Part shown: piece by piece, positions 11,969 through 26,090 of the stretch
Layout of the letters: each line of letters begins with the position of its first letter
How positions within the stretch are numbered: position 1 is the stretch's first letter
Source: Octopus vulgaris
Taxonomy: Eukaryota
DNA length: 64,000 nucleotides
Direction of reading: 5' to 3'
Assembly (NCBI GenBank): GCA_951406725.2
Contig: OX597830.1
Location: 15,810,001 to 15,874,000, forward strand
The notes under the pieces: model-generated
What the model saw: only the letters and a program-made list of their open reading frames with translations
Database searches by the model: none
Told to the model about the DNA's origin: nothing
Made by a program: the position numbers and the translations under genes

Positions 11969-12112
11969 TTCGAGGAGTTCCTCATCCTCTTCGTGTAACC
12001 GATCGATGAATCTACTCCAGCCTGTTTCTAGACTTGGAACAAATCTTGATTCATTTCGAAAGTCTACTGGAATATTTCCTGATGGTTCTATAACTACATC
12101 TTTTTTTGCCAT
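11969..12112 (-). other. Possible short coding exon of unknown protein (MAKKDVVIEPSGNIPVDF...)
   Basis: Strong Kozak AAACCATGG, non-repetitive 48-codon frame, weak donor GTAAAG; no recognisable domain. Confidence 0.2.
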
Positions 12113-12265
12113 GGTTTATGAAGTAGTAATCCAGTACAACTTTCTCTAAACAAACTCTTCTTCGCATTCATTCAAACATGATAACCTGTATTTTGCTTTG
12201 TGTGTATGTATGTGAGTGCATGTATATGTACATACGTAGATTTATATGTGAGTATATATGTGCGT

Positions 12266-12520
12266 GGAGGCGCGTGGCTTAGTGGTTAGGGTGTCAGCAT
12301 CATGATCGTAAGATTGTGGTTTCGATTCCTGGACCGGGTGACGCGTTGTGTTCTTGAGTAAAACACTTCATTTCACGTTGCTCCAGTCCACTCAGCTGGC
12401 AAAAATGAGTAACGCTGCGATGGACTGGCGTCCCGACCAGCTGGGGAACACATACGCCATTGAAACCGGGAAACTGGACCCATGAGCCTGGCTAGGCTTT
12501 AAAAGGGCGCATTTATTTAT
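12266..12520 (+). mobile_element. SINE family D (tRNA head, GCGATGGACTGGCGTCCC-type central/3' region)
   Basis: A-box TGGCTTAGTGG, B-box GGTTTCGATTCC; tail shared with the 21882 element. Confidence 0.75.
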
Positions 12521-13304
12521 TATTTTATATATATATATATATATGTGTGTGGGTGGGTGTGTGTACGTATATGGACATTCGTGCGTATGTATATATATAT
12601 ATATATATATGTATCTATGTATTTGTGTATATGTATGTATGTGTGTGTATGTATGATTTCATGCATGCATATATGTAGGTATGTATGTATGTATGTAGTA
12701 TGCGCGTGTGTGAGTATGTATGTATGTTTGAATGCCTGCATGTGTGTATATATGTATGTATGTTTGTAAGTCTATATGTGTGTGTATGTATGTATGTACT
12801 TACGTAATTACTTGGAAACACGTGGAGACTTCAGAACGCTAAAACTTATAGAAATCGTTGCTCCGAGTTTCATGTTCTCGATATGCAAACGATTATGGAA
12901 TATGGAACATAAAGGAGTTAGAATGGAGTTAGAACATAAAAGAGTTAGAATGAAGATGTTTGAATATCGAGTCTAGTTTTTGATGGGACAAGATTGAAAT
13001 AAAAGGATCTTATTGGTTGACAGTGTAACTGTTGTATAGAAAATAACAAAAGCGATGAAAGGAGAATGATTTTTCGGTTAGAGAAAGGAAAAAAAAAAAA
13101 CTAGAAGAAAAGAAGGCGAGAAAGAAGAAAACAAAGCGGTGATATAAATATGTTTAGATGATAATAAAAATCGTAATGCTGAAGGATATGTATAAGAGAG
13201 TTTACAGAAGTCAAAGCGAGAGCAAAAGAAGAGGGGAAAATATTTAACGAGCGTAAAGAAAAGTAAAAGAAAATGTTAAAATACTGATGTGCAAGAGATA
13301 TGAC

Positions 13305-13600
13305 TATACATTCATTCATACATGCATAAATACATACATACATACATACATACATACATACATACATACATACATACATACATACATTCATACATACATA
13401 CATACATACATACATACATACATACATACGTACGTACGTACATACTTACGTACATACATATGTGTGTGTATATATATATACACATACGCACACACACACA
13501 TATATATATATATGTATGTATGCGTGTATGTACATATATACTGTATATATATGCATATATATGTATGTATATTTGTGTATATAAATATATGTAAGCTTGC

Positions 13601-13633
<33 letters not shown>

Positions 13634-13681
13634 TGTATGTATGTATGTATGTATGTATGTGTGTATGTATGTATGTATGTA

Positions 13682-13745
<64 letters not shown>

Positions 13746-13765
13746 TATATATACACATATATATA
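13305..13765. repeat. Compound (ACAT)n/(ATGT)n/(CT)n/(TA)n microsatellite
   Basis: Direct reading; ACAT and ATGT blocks are mutually inverted. Confidence 0.9.
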
Positions 13766-15008
13766 AAAGAGCATTATTCTTAAAAATATTAACGTTGGTC
13801 GCCACAGGCATAAAAGCCGTATAGGCAAAATTAATGAATATATATAAAATATAAAAATATATTTATATAATAATAGGGTACTAAATAAGCACCTGCTTTG
13901 CTAATGATAAAAGTCAAAATACTCCGAAGCCACAGAGTGTGTGTGTATGTGCGCGCGCGCACCCACACACACAGATAAAAGGCAGGAAACGCGAGTGATC
14001 ACAAAGTTTTTATATAAAACAACCAGTTATCAAATTATGTGTCAAAATCGATGGAGAACGGGAGACCTTCGAAAGGTGTAAGACATACACTAATGCTACA
14101 AAAATGTATGGATCATATATAGAAGTGAAAGACTTCATACTCATGAGCCTCAAAATATCTGCTGATTCCTGAAATGTTAGATCGGAGATCTTCAAAAAAT
14201 GCCATCACTCCGCGAAGTATGTGGGGGAAAACTGTATAAATATACTAGCACTTCACGAAATCGATTAAGGCGCATATTAGCACATCATGAAATCCATTGA
14301 GAACTATGAAAACACAAATCTTTCTTTTTACCATTTTCACCAAATACATCAGTCTTAGATTCTACGCCCTTCTTTATCAGGGATGCCGCATGTTCTTCAC
14401 TCCAATAAAATCTGTGACACCTAAGTTCAGCTTTTATTACCAGATTAATACTTTACACTTAATTTCAATTTTCTCCTCTGTTATCGAGTCAAAATATTTA
14501 TTATCTTTAAAATTCAACTTGCTCTATTCACTTGAATTAACACTCTTTTCTCAATAGCTACCTTTAAAAATTACGCATAGGTACTAATAGTTTGAAATAC
14601 TTATTTACATTTCATAACGTAGTCCAGTTCAAGGGAAATAACTTACATTCAAACTTTGACAAATAACTAACAATGAGTACATCCTCTTGTGAACTGATTT
14701 GGGACATACGTAACCAGAAATAACTTTTACTATTCGAAGACATTTTCATAAACTGCCTTGCGGGATATTTCTCTCCGTATGTTTAGACTTCTCTTCTGTT
14801 CATGATTACATAACATGAAGGTTGGTTTTAAGAAATATTACAAGCAGGACACTATATTTTGATAAATATATAAACTTTTACGCGCACGCGAGGTGTGTGT
14901 GCGTGTGTAATAAATTATAAACATTAATAAATATAGATATATAAGTGTATATTTGTGCATATCTTCAATGTTTGCATCTATGGTTTGTGCATCTATGTAT
15001 ATGCACAT

Positions 15009-15242
15009 AAGGCGGCGAGCTGACTGAAGCGTTAGCACGCCGGGCGAAATGCGTAGCAGTAATTCGTCTGCCGCTACGTTCTGAGTTCAAATTCCGCCGA
15101 GGTCGACTTTGCCTTTCATCGTTTCGGGGTCGATAAATTGAGTACCAGTTACGCACTGGGGTCGATTACATCGACCTAATCCGTTTGTCTGTCCTTGTTT
15201 GTCCCCTCTATGTTTAGCCCCTTGTGGGCAGTAATGAAATAG
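15009..15242 (+). mobile_element. SINE family B with 11-bp TSD
   Basis: TSD gtatatgcaca at 14997-15007 and 15243-15253. Confidence 0.9.
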
Positions 15243-17589
15243 GTATATGCACAACATACACGTATAAAATATTCTGTTGAAAGAATAATTCAAATACATG
15301 TCAGAAACACACACAAAATGTATATACACGTATATATATGAGTATGTGTGTGTGTATGTGCGTGTGTGTGCGCGTGTGTGTACATATATATATATATATA
15401 CACCACACACACATACATACAGATATATATATGTATGTGTGTGTGTATGTGTATGTGTGTGTGCGTGCGTGCGTGTGTACGTGTGTGTGCGTGTGTGTGT
15501 GGTGTTTCCCGTGACATTTCAAAAGAATTCCTCGGTGCAGACACAGTTCCAGGGATTGGTAAATATGTTTGTTCAAGTTTATATTTGCCTAGACATACAT
15601 ACATACATACATACATACATACATACATACATACATACATAATATATACATACATACATACATACATACATACATACGTACATACATACATACATACATA
15701 CATACATACATACATACATACATACATACATACATACGTACATACATATATACATAATAAAGGCCAAAACGAATTTCTGTGTGTCAGTGTGTCACACTTT
15801 GACCCCCTCTCTGACTATTCAGTGACACTTCTACTATTCCTCCTGCTGAGGTGAGAGAAAATGTAGGCATAGAGACGGAGAGGGTAGTTGTAGATTGACG
15901 GTTGTGATGGTAATGAGGTGATAGTAATAGTATAAGCTGTAGTTGTGATAGAGGTGGAGGCGACGGTGACGGTGGTGGTGGTGGTGGTGGTGGTGGTGGT
16001 GGTGGCCGAGGCGGTCAGAGATGTGAAAGACAGTGGTGATGGTGGTGGAGGGGAAGGCGGTTGAAGTGAAAGTTATTGATGGTAGTGGCGTCAGAAGTCT
16101 GCGTGGTGTGTGTATGGCAGTTGTGGTGGCGATGATGGTAGTACTGGTGATGGTTGAAAACTATCAACAGAAATAGAGAGAGAGAGAGAGAAAGAGGTTA
16201 GACAGAAAAAATGTCTACTACCCCCCGAATGGGAAGACAAAAGATGTTGCTTATCATACAGCTTTGCAATAAGTTCCAAGTCGACAAATTATTTCATTGT
16301 TTTGATAAAAATTGTTCATTGCTTGAAAAATATTGGTCAAGTTTAATAAAATTTGATATGTACTCAATGCATGAAGTGTCATTGTTGGGTCCAAAGCCCA
16401 ATGAAGAGTCCTCCACAGGAGCTAACTTAAAAGCCGCTCTATTAGGTGGGTTTTAAGCTAGTACATGCATACAAAAATAACCCTGTTCACGTTGAAATTC
16501 CAATGAAGGAGTTTGGGATCAAAGCTAGAAACCGGCTCTTTCTCTATTGGCAAGAAATCTTGAAACAAAACTGAATAATAGCATACATACATACATACCG
16601 ACACACTCCCACACACACATACACACACACTCACACACACAAATGAATGCTTATTTGCGTATGTATAAGTGTGTATGCTTATTTTTTTTTGTAAATATAT
16701 GTGTGCTCCAGTTTTATGTATGCAAGCGTGTATGTGCATACGCTTCATGATGTGTCTCTGTGTTTTCTACAATACCAAATGAAGACTGCCTCGAATGTTC
16801 TGCTGTTTGATTGGACGAAGAAGCTGCGAATCAGTTGGCGTAGTTATTTTTGCCTGGAAAAGTTCGACATAGCCAGACTTTCATGTAAATCTGTACTATG
16901 TACAGTGAATACACATAAGACGAGGTCTACATGTACTAATCCGAATGCATAACAGGATGCAAGCGATGAACGTTATGCAGCTGTTCGCTATGGATGTTCC
17001 CTTTTTCAAGTGCAGACGAGAGAGTCGCATTTACTGGACAGTTAAACTTTAAAAAAAGTACGTCGTTTCTGTTCGCTGTGTCGTAGAGCAATATCTTTGC
17101 AACTGATTCCTATTTTTTTTATTGAAATGCCCTGCCATGCTGCTTAACAGTGACGATAATTCTCTGGTTCTGTGAAACAACCATTCTATTGATAACAATG
17201 ACAAGATTTTTATCACCATTTAGAGTGGTGACATATCATAAAGGATAGCATTTAATATTATGTGTGCACCTGATCAGTTCGAAACAACCGGGGTCAACAT
17301 TGCCTTATATCTTTCTCGAATCAATAAACTAAGTTCCAAGAAAGTAATGGCATTCTCCATGTATCTCTTTTATGAATTTGCGGTTTTGAATTTTTTCAGA
17401 AATAAATATTTTTTCTGCAGTTAGTTGAAACACAATTAAAACTTGCAGATGCTACAACAGTATTATATTATTGTATATTAATATCAATACATATATATAT
17501 ATATATATATATGGAGAGAGAGAGAGAGAGATTTGATGGATAGATAGATAGATAATACGCTACGTGTATATATATATATATATATATAT

Positions 17590-17977
17590 TCTTTTATTCT
17601 TTTCTTTTACTTGTTTCAGTCATTTGACTGCGGCCATGCTGGAGCACCGCCTTTAGTCGAGCAAATCGACCCCGGGAGTTATTCTTTGTAAGCCCAGTAC
17701 TTATTCTATCGGTCGAACCGCTAAGTGACGGGGACGTAAACACACCAACATCGCTTGTCAAGCAATGCTAGGGGGACAAACACAGACATACACACACACA
17801 TATATACATATATACGACAGGCTTCTTTCAGTTTCCGTCTACCAAATCCACTCACAAGGCATTGGTCGGCCCGGGGCTATAGCAGAAGACACTTGCCCAA
17901 GATGCCACACAGTGGGACTGAACCCGGAACCATGTGGTTGGTTAGCAAGCTACTTACCACACAGCCACTCCTGCGCC
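17590..17977 (-). mobile_element. SINE family A, full length
   Basis: tRNA-like head with A/B boxes, internal microsatellite, tandem tail. Confidence 0.9.
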
Positions 17978-18421
17978 TTGAATATATATATACATATAAT
18001 TTCGGTACGAGCTGCAGCCGTTCTGCTTATATTTTGCATTTCTCTCATAATGCTTAATCAAACAGTTTGAAGTTTTCTAAATTAGCCAACTGCGTTTCTA
18101 CTTTCTGCAACAGTGTCTCCACTTAGTTGTTCCGTTTGCCTTTTATATTTGAAAGTTCATTCTGCTTTTTTAATGCTTAACTATTGTTTTTAATGTTTTA
18201 TTAATATTTCAATATTTTCATAAACTTTGACGACTTGCCGTGCATAGCAACATTCATAAGACATTTCTTCATCATTATCATAGCCTGAATATGTTTTTTG
18301 AGATAAGCTACTGCCATGTACAATGATAAGCTTGATTTGATTTTTTTCCGCTAAGACTAACAAAAATCTTTCTCTCTAAATTATCAAACAAGGTCTTCAC
18401 TTACTTGCTGGAGTTGTGCTG

Positions 18422-18812
18422 GGGTGGAGGCGCAATGGCCCAGTGGTTAGGGCAGCGGACTCGCGGTCGTAGGATCGCGGTTTCGATTCCCAGACCGTGC
18501 GTTGTGAGTGTTTATTGAGCGAAAACATCTAAAGCTCCACGAGGCTCCGGCAGGGAGGGAATGGTGGTGATCCTTGCTGTACTCTTTCACCACAACTTTC
18601 TCTCACTCTTATTTCATGTTTCTGCTGTACCTGTATTTCAAAGGGCCGGCCTTGTCACTCTCTGTGTCACGCTGAATATCCCCGAGAACTACGTTAAGGG
18701 TACAAGTGTCTGTGGAGTGCTCAGCCACTTATACGTTAATTTCACGAGCAGGCTGTTCCGTTGATCGGATGAATCGGAACCCTCATCGTCGTAACCGACG
18801 GAGTGCTTCCAA
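18422..18812 (+). mobile_element. SINE family C, full length (tRNA head, tail type 1)
   Basis: A-box TGGCCCAGTGG, B-box GGTTTCGATTCC; TSD ggagttgtgctg at 18410-18421 and 18813-18824. Confidence 0.9.
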
Positions 18813-19516
18813 GGAGTTGTGCTGTTTATTTTTTTGTATTCGGAAGTTCATCGTCCCATAATGTTTTAATGTTCACAAATTCAGATAATTCGCTCGGCAT
18901 TGCAACAGCCATAGGATATTTCGATGCTACTCTGGCGTGCGCTCTGCCGCAGTATCTGTAGTTTATGCGGTGAAATGACATGATCTGGATTAGGTTTAAA
19001 GCTCGTGTTAGGAACATTAGGAAATTGCAGATTGAAAATTCAAAAGGCCGAGGTGTGTTAGTAGCTTTTCATGTCTACACGAGAAAGATTCTTTTTCATG
19101 AACTTTTGCAATGAATCGTATCTGTATAAACTCAGTGTTGTCTGATATTTGATTCATAGTGTTGGCCATATTGTTGCAGTCCGGAGGCTATGCTAATTCA
19201 AGTTTAAATATTAAAGACAGTAATGAATTATTGTTAAAGAAGAGGAGAAGAAAAGGAAAGAAATTGATGTAGACACACAATAAATGTTCCTTTAACAACT
19301 GACGAGATAAATTGCTGCCAATTCTTAATGTATCTGTGAGTTTCTAATCTATTTTCGCCCTGAGTTGTGCAAGAAAAAGCCATCAAAATGAATGATAGTG
19401 TAACTTAAGTGATTTAAAATATTTTTCCCAGAAACTAATCAAAGTTAAAATGGTAATAAGGAATATTTTGTGAATGCGGTTGTTCGAGCGTCGAATATAT
19501 ATTGTTCATTCATTTA

Positions 19517-19885
19517 TCTCTCTATATATAAACGGCAAAATATCTGTGTGTGTGTCCCTTATACAAATCCACAGTTTTTCAGTTAGAGGGCTCGCAATTT
19601 CTATGGTCATTCAAAACCGTTCAAGGGTGGTCGTGCACATATTTACATTTCTCCAGTCACCCCGCAAAGCCATTAAAAAAATCAATAGAAGTGACTTTTT
19701 TGTGAATTTTCTATCCAAAACCCAATCAAAATGCCCGAAACTTGATACGCCAATTGAATGCCAGCTAGCTGTATGTGATTGGTCGGAGATTTGGACAGTA
19801 CTCGCGTGTATGTGCGCACGCACGCACGCAGCTGTATATGCATGCACTGGCACTATGACCCGGCGTTGCCGGGTCATACTGCTAG
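19517..19885 (+). mobile_element. Non-autonomous Helitron
   Basis: 5' TC, 3' hairpin TATGACCCGGC-GTT-GCCGGGTCATA then CTAG; inserted between A and T; no TSD. Confidence 0.85.
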
Positions 19886-20113
19886 TTTTATTTAAACTCT
19901 GATTTCTTTGCTGTAAATAAAATCCTAGACCATTTATTGAAGAATTACGATATTTTATTTTGAAAATCCTATTCTTTCAAATTTTGTGCTTTCCCTCAAC
20001 AGTTCTGAATTTCTGGTTTCAGTATACTGGATATATTTCTGTTGTGAATTATCATTTAGAGGATATTGGGACGTTTGTCAATATATTAGGTGGAGTTCAG
20101 AACAAACATTTTC

Positions 20114-20561
20114 GGATGTTTTCGGTTTGAACGGCAGTTTTTAACATAATTTCTAGGTAACTAAAAAATTTTAAACTTCGTATACTGGTAGAATGTGTTT
20201 ATAAAACATCTTTTTCTCTTGGCTTTATTGAGAAAATTCTATAGTTTGTAAGATATTTGTTGTATTTTTTTCTTCAATTTCTGCAATTTCAACCAATCAC
20301 TGACATCTATTGAGGTAAAAAAAAAACATTCTGTGCCGTATGAATATGTCCCTCGTTTAAGAAACAGATTGGGTTTATTTACATTTGTGAAGAAAAAAAG
20401 ATACCCTTCCCCCCACCTCTAACCCTAACCCCAACCAACCCTAACTAACCCTAACCCTAAAACAGATTGAAATGCAATAGATCGATACTAGGGTCATAAT
20501 TATGGGTGACAATTTCATATGACACCGCTAGAAAAAACTGCCGTTCAAACCGAAAAGATCC
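20114..20561. mobile_element. MITE with GGATC-type TIRs (Merlin-like) containing CCCTAA repeats
   Basis: ~28-bp TIRs; TSD acattttc/atattttc; second copy at 27909. Confidence 0.85.
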
Positions 20562-21060
20562 ATATTTTCAACTATGTCTGGCTTATTCGTTGAGCTGAAT
20601 TTAATATCTCCATGCTATACTTATATTGTTTCATAAGTAACCATTTTTTTTATTAAGGGCTTAGTATTTTTGCTATTTCTACTATTTGCAAAGTTTCATT
20701 TGATACGCAATATCATTTATAGTGAAATCCATTTTCTGAGTAGACACTAGAATCGAATTTGTTTATAGGGAGTTCAAAATGCTGTGATATTTCTGTATTT
20801 TTGAATGACAATAGCAGAATTGATCAAATGAAATAGCTTGAATCAGCATTCGAACCCAATATGCGTGTATGGTTTACGAAAACCCAGTTGTACTATGCAA
20901 TGGTCATTATTTACCCCTACCTTCAAGAAGGTATTCTGGAAAGTGGGGATAATTGTCTATTCCCTTTAAATGAGGCATGAGCCGGAAGATGAACCTTTCG
21001 GAAATTAAATGAAAATCTGTCTTCAACAATCAGGAATAAAATATTAATATCTGCATCCGT

Positions 21061-21550
21061 GAAGGCGGCAAGGTGACAGAACCATTAGCACGTTGAAGGC
21101 GGCGAGCTGGCAGAAACGTTAGCACGCCGGGCGAAATGCGTAGCCGTATTTCGTCTGCCGTTACGTTCTGAGTTCAAATTCCGCCGAGGTCGACTTTGCT
21201 TTTCATCCTTTCGGGGTCGATAAATTAAGTACCAGTTACGCACTGGGGTCGATATAATCAACTTAATCCGTTTGTCTGTCCTTGTTTGTCTTCTTTGTGT
21301 GTAGTCCCTTTGTGTGCAGTAAAGAAATAAGAACCATTAGCACGTCAAGAACCATTAGCACGCCGAGCAAAATGCTTAACAGCATTTCGTCCGTCTTTAC
21401 GTTCTGAGTTCAAATTCCACCGAGGCCGACTTTGCCTTACATCCTCTCGGGGTCGATAAAATAAGTACCAGTTGCGTACTGAGGTCAATGTAATCGTCTA
21501 GCCCTCCTCCCCCGAAAGTACTGGCCTTGTGCTAAAATTCGAAACCAATA
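21061..21550 (+). mobile_element. Young SINE B nested in an older SINE B
   Basis: Inner copy ~21095-21329 flanked by TSD agaaccattagcacgt; host has the alternative tail. Confidence 0.85.
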
Positions 21551-21881
21551 TTTGCATCCATGAGGGCGATAAATTGGCAAAATTGTGAGAATATCTGCTA
21601 AAACACCAAGCTGGTATTTAGATGCAGTCTTTTACGATGAGAGGTAACATCAAGTTTCTTTAATCAGTTCTTTCAAGAATCGATTAAAGAAAGTACTAGT
21701 TAAGTACTGGAGTTGATATTAGTGTCTATACCTCCACTCCAGATCTGAGGTCAATCTAAAAATTTAGTATTTACATCTACGCTACATTTCGATCGCTTTG
21801 AACTCCGAACGTCATTGGGTGTGTCATTCTTAGATATGTGAATAAAACCGGACTGGATTAAGGAAGATTTATTTCTAAATG

Positions 21882-22193
21882 GGAGGCGCAATGGCCCAGT
21901 GGTTAGGGCAGCGGACTCGCGGTCGGGGGATGGCGGTTTCGATTCCCAGACCGGGCGTTGTGTGTGTTTATTGAGCGAAAACACCTAAAAGCTCCACGAG
22001 GCCCCAGCAGGGGGTGGTTGTGACCCTTGTTGTACTCTTTCGCCAAAACTTTCTCTCACTCTTTCTTCCTGTTTCTTGAGGTAACGCTGCGATGGATTGG
22101 CATCCCGTCCAGCTGGAGGGAACACATACGCCACAGAAACCGGGAAACCGGGCCCATGAGCCTGGCTAGGCTTGGAAAGGGCGACGTTTATCG
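21882..22193 (+). mobile_element. Chimeric SINE: family C head/body plus family D tail
   Basis: Single 13-bp TSD ttatttctaaatg at 21869-21881 and 22194-22206. Confidence 0.85.
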
Positions 22194-22639
22194 TTATTTC
22201 TAAATGAGTGGGAGTAAAGAATTTTATTCACTATGGTTAGGACTCGCCCCAGAAATTAATAAAACAACTGGAAAGTCGTTAGACTGCATTAAAACAATGT
22301 CAAAATTCATCGCAGTTCCTGCAAGATGACACTGTGTCAGTGTTTCAATCCCAGTTGAAGTTAGTTTGAGGCATTCATTCAGATAACTCTCTTTGAAAAG
22401 GCGTAAATGATGTAACATATAAAATATAAACTTCCTAGTTTAGGCCGAAGGACAATAATATTCATTGGTGGATAATGGAAATATAATTTTGACTGAGTTA
22501 TTGGAATTGTCCCTGTTTTAACAAGAGTGAAGAATTCTGATGTAAATATATACATATATATTTAGCTTCAGGTAACGCAAGTTTATTTATTAATGTTCAG
22601 AGGAGAATATATATCATGAGGTTATATTGCTGTGCACAC

Positions 22640-22713
<74 letters not shown>

Positions 22714-22714
22714 G

Positions 22715-22753
<39 letters not shown>

Positions 22754-23839
22754 GTATGTATGCATATATATATGTATGTATATATATATATGTATATATA
22801 TATATATGTATATATATGTATATGTATATATGTATATATATATATATATGTATGTATGTATGTTTGTATGTATGTATGTATGTATGTATATAATCAAGCA
22901 TAACACACACACACACACATTCACACACTCACACACTCACACACATTCACACACTCTCTCACACATACACACTCACACAAACGCACGCGTGCGTGTCTGG
23001 TTTTTATGGTTTTTATCTCGCCCTTTTTTTATCGAATGCACTCACTCAGTTGAACACAACATTATATCCCCTTGTATTAATTAAGAAAAGTTGCGTTACC
23101 ATGGCAATATATCGATAAAAATCTCATATTTTTATCCAGGAATGTGAATGCTCCAGGCGATAATAATTGAAAGCAACGCATAAACATACATTCCTGAAGA
23201 AGTGGAAATCTTGCATTAGTTGGGTATCTCTATAATTGATATTAATAAACTCCTCTGAAGCGAACGCAGTAGAGTAAGGGGTCGGTTAAGTCTGTGACCC
23301 TGCTCCAGTTCTCAGCTGGTAGAGGTTCACTTCAATTAGGCCTCACATAATATTGGAAAAAGAGGACATAATCAGTGACACTCCGTAGCAGTATACAAGT
23401 GAACCATGCTATTACGAAGTCTCACTAACCTTTAAACAGACAATAAATCCCCATAATGATTTAAGCAGCCCCTGCTAATGTTTTCTAGATGTATCATTTT
23501 AATATTACAGATCCAAAACATCCTATGGTTGGCTACATTCTTGTCCCTTAATGATTCAGTATAACTGCGTTATCAAAAGAGGTTGACCGAAAACTTCAAG
23601 ACAGGTTGGATCTTCGAAAATAATTAGAGACTTAGAGAATGTTGAATTTATTGGTATAAATGTGGTACAAATGTATCCAAAGAGACAATATTTGGCAGCG
23701 TGGCTATTATAACTAAAAGGCTAAAGCCATTCTGATGAAAGACAGATTTCTAGGTTATTCCATGGACATAGGTTATTCCATGAGATCGATTAATTCTCAG
23801 TTCTGTGTAAAATCCTCTTTGGCCATTCCTTGGATCATT

Positions 23840-24072
23840 TTATTTCTTTACTACCCACAGGGGGCTAAACACAGAAGGGACAAACAAGGACAGACAAACA
23901 GATTAAGTCGATTACATCGACCTCAGTGCGTAACTGGTACTTATTTAATAGACCCCGAAAGGATGAAAGGCAAAGTCGACCTCGGCGGAATTTGAACTCA
24001 GAACGTAACGGCAGACGAAATACCGCTCAGCATTTCGCCCGGCGTGCTAACGTTTCTGCCAACTCGCCGCCT
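23840..24072 (-). mobile_element. SINE family B, full length
   Basis: Reverse complement of the 9250 and 15009 copies. Confidence 0.9.
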
Positions 24073-25702
24073 TTTGTCAACACATCATTTGTCAACACAT
24101 ATTCACTGTCTTCCATTAATATTCTAAGGAACTCTGATCCTCAGATATTGTAGTCTTCGCAATACTTTGGACTCTTCTCTTCTCTACTTTGATCTATATT
24201 TTATTCCTCACTTTAAACACAGCATCAAAAGTTACATACAGACTTTCGTTTCAAGGAATAACTTTCGATGGAACTCCTGTCTTCTTCCAGCATATTCTCC
24301 ATTGGTACACTCTCCCTCCAATTTATTCCTTCATGAAAATATTTCCTCAGAATTTCCTATCGTAACATTAGTGCCACCATTGTTACTTATTATTTCATAT
24401 ATTCCTTCTTATAACTACAGACAATGTCTATTCTTAATGGTACTAGTGATAAAATAAAAGTATGTTCCGTGTATATTTGTACCAAATATAGCATCAATGA
24501 TATTATACTGAACATAATCAAAGTTAATCACCGAAATTCGAGGCAGCGAACAGTGGTTAGCACCGGCAAAAATCAATTAAGTAAACCGTTAAATGTATTT
24601 TTATTCTTACCTTACACAAATATATCTCATTTTCTTTTATTTTGAACACATCTTTGTGCTGCTTGACATTTAGCAGAATATTCAACACAGATTTGAACAA
24701 CATATTGCACTTACGACATTGTGTTTGCATATAGATTTATTTTATATTTTGCATGTATGGCGTTGGTTAACGTAAATTCGTGCTAAATGTTGAATCATTT
24801 ACAATAAATTTAGTAATCCATTTATACACCACTAAAACTGTGCCTCTCTCTCTCTCGTGAGAATGAAAGAACAAAGGACATTATTACTGGTTTCATTGGA
24901 CAGTGAAGGAAGTTTTTTTTTCTGACAATATCATATCAATTGTGTAGCATAAATGAACGAAAGACCGTGTTTGATTCAATTCTAATGCTCTATCACATTT
25001 AAAATCGTAGTACATAAAACACGTATCTTGGTCTGTCCTCAATTCATTTCTTGTCTTTATATCTATCTATTTAATTTCTGTATAATTTTTCTTCGATCGA
25101 ATATTGGAATATTGACTGGACTTCTTTTTTCCGCGTTTGAATACACACTCGATTCTACAATTGTTGCTAAAAAAAAAATTACAGACAATATTATTATTAT
25201 TATTGACTCAGGCTTCACGAAATAAAGAAAAAACTTCCTCGGAAGATGAAGGCCTGATGAAATCGTTCCAAAAAGCTTTCTCCAGGGAGAAGAGGAAAAT
25301 CGGATCCATAGAAATACAGGTCACACCAAAACGAAGGCCACGAGAAACAACGGAGGACAGAAAACACATCACAAAAATCTCTAACACCACCAGCATCACT
25401 GCAACAAAGCCGACTCTTAACAGGCACATTCACAATCGCAAGTTCACAAGAAGTCACGGAAACAAAAGCAGACACTCGAACAACATTGCCAACAGCTACA
25501 AACTCTCACACAACCTTCCTTTATCATCTGTACTGTTGTTCAGAAGAAAAAAAAACAGCGTCAAATTCATTGAAGACTTGAAAAAAAAAATATTATGATG
25601 AACTGGCAGGGTTTTGCCGGATTCGCACAGACTGATTCAGAGACTTATCATCTCTTAAAAGAAAAATACCTTCAAGACATCGGAAGATTTAGTAAATGCC
25701 TC

Positions 25703-26090
25703 AAAGGTGGCAAGCTGGCAAAGTCGACCTCGGCGGAATTTGAACTCAGAACGTAACGGCAGACGAAATACGGCTACGCATTTCGCCCGGCGTGCTAATG
25801 TTTCTGCCAGCTCGCCGCCTTCCGATTAAATAAGTACCAGTTACGCACTGGGGTCGATATAATCGACTTAATCCGTTTGTCTGTACTTGTTTGTCGTCTC
25901 TGTGTTTAGCCCCTTTTGGGTAATAAAGAAAAAGGTATTTCGTCTGTCGCTACGTTCTGACCGCCGAGGTCGACTTTGCTTTTCATCCTTTGGAGGTCGA
26001 TAAATTAAGTACCAGTTACGTACTAGGGTCGATCTAATCAACTGGCCCTTCCCCCCAAAATTTCGGGCCTTGTGCCTAGAGTAGGAAAGA
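25703..26090 (+). mobile_element. SINE B composite with 5' inversion, joined to an older B copy
   Basis: 25719-25821 inverted relative to 25823-25932; tail joined to GGTATTTCGTC of an older alternative-tail copy. Confidence 0.75.

Noticed and set aside
17755-18070. Recurrent peptides such as GLNPEPCGW and DPERMKGKVDLGGI suggesting a gene family
   Set aside because: They are translations of SINE A and SINE B copies.
18426-18500. tRNA genes (also at 12266, 21882, 38301, 43148)
   Set aside because: tRNA-derived SINE heads; they run into SINE bodies (several TSD-flanked) and lack a proper acceptor stem.
16200-19450. Non-repetitive stretches that may be a fossil transposase or host exons
   Set aside because: Frames I read are interrupted and no motif could be identified confidently by eye.
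20418-20460. Telomere or chromosome-fusion site
   Set aside because: Short degenerate CCCTAA run internal to a MITE and present in its second copy.
25137-25598. 153-aa basic ORF
   Set aside because: No recognisable domain or splice structure; probably decayed retroelement sequence.
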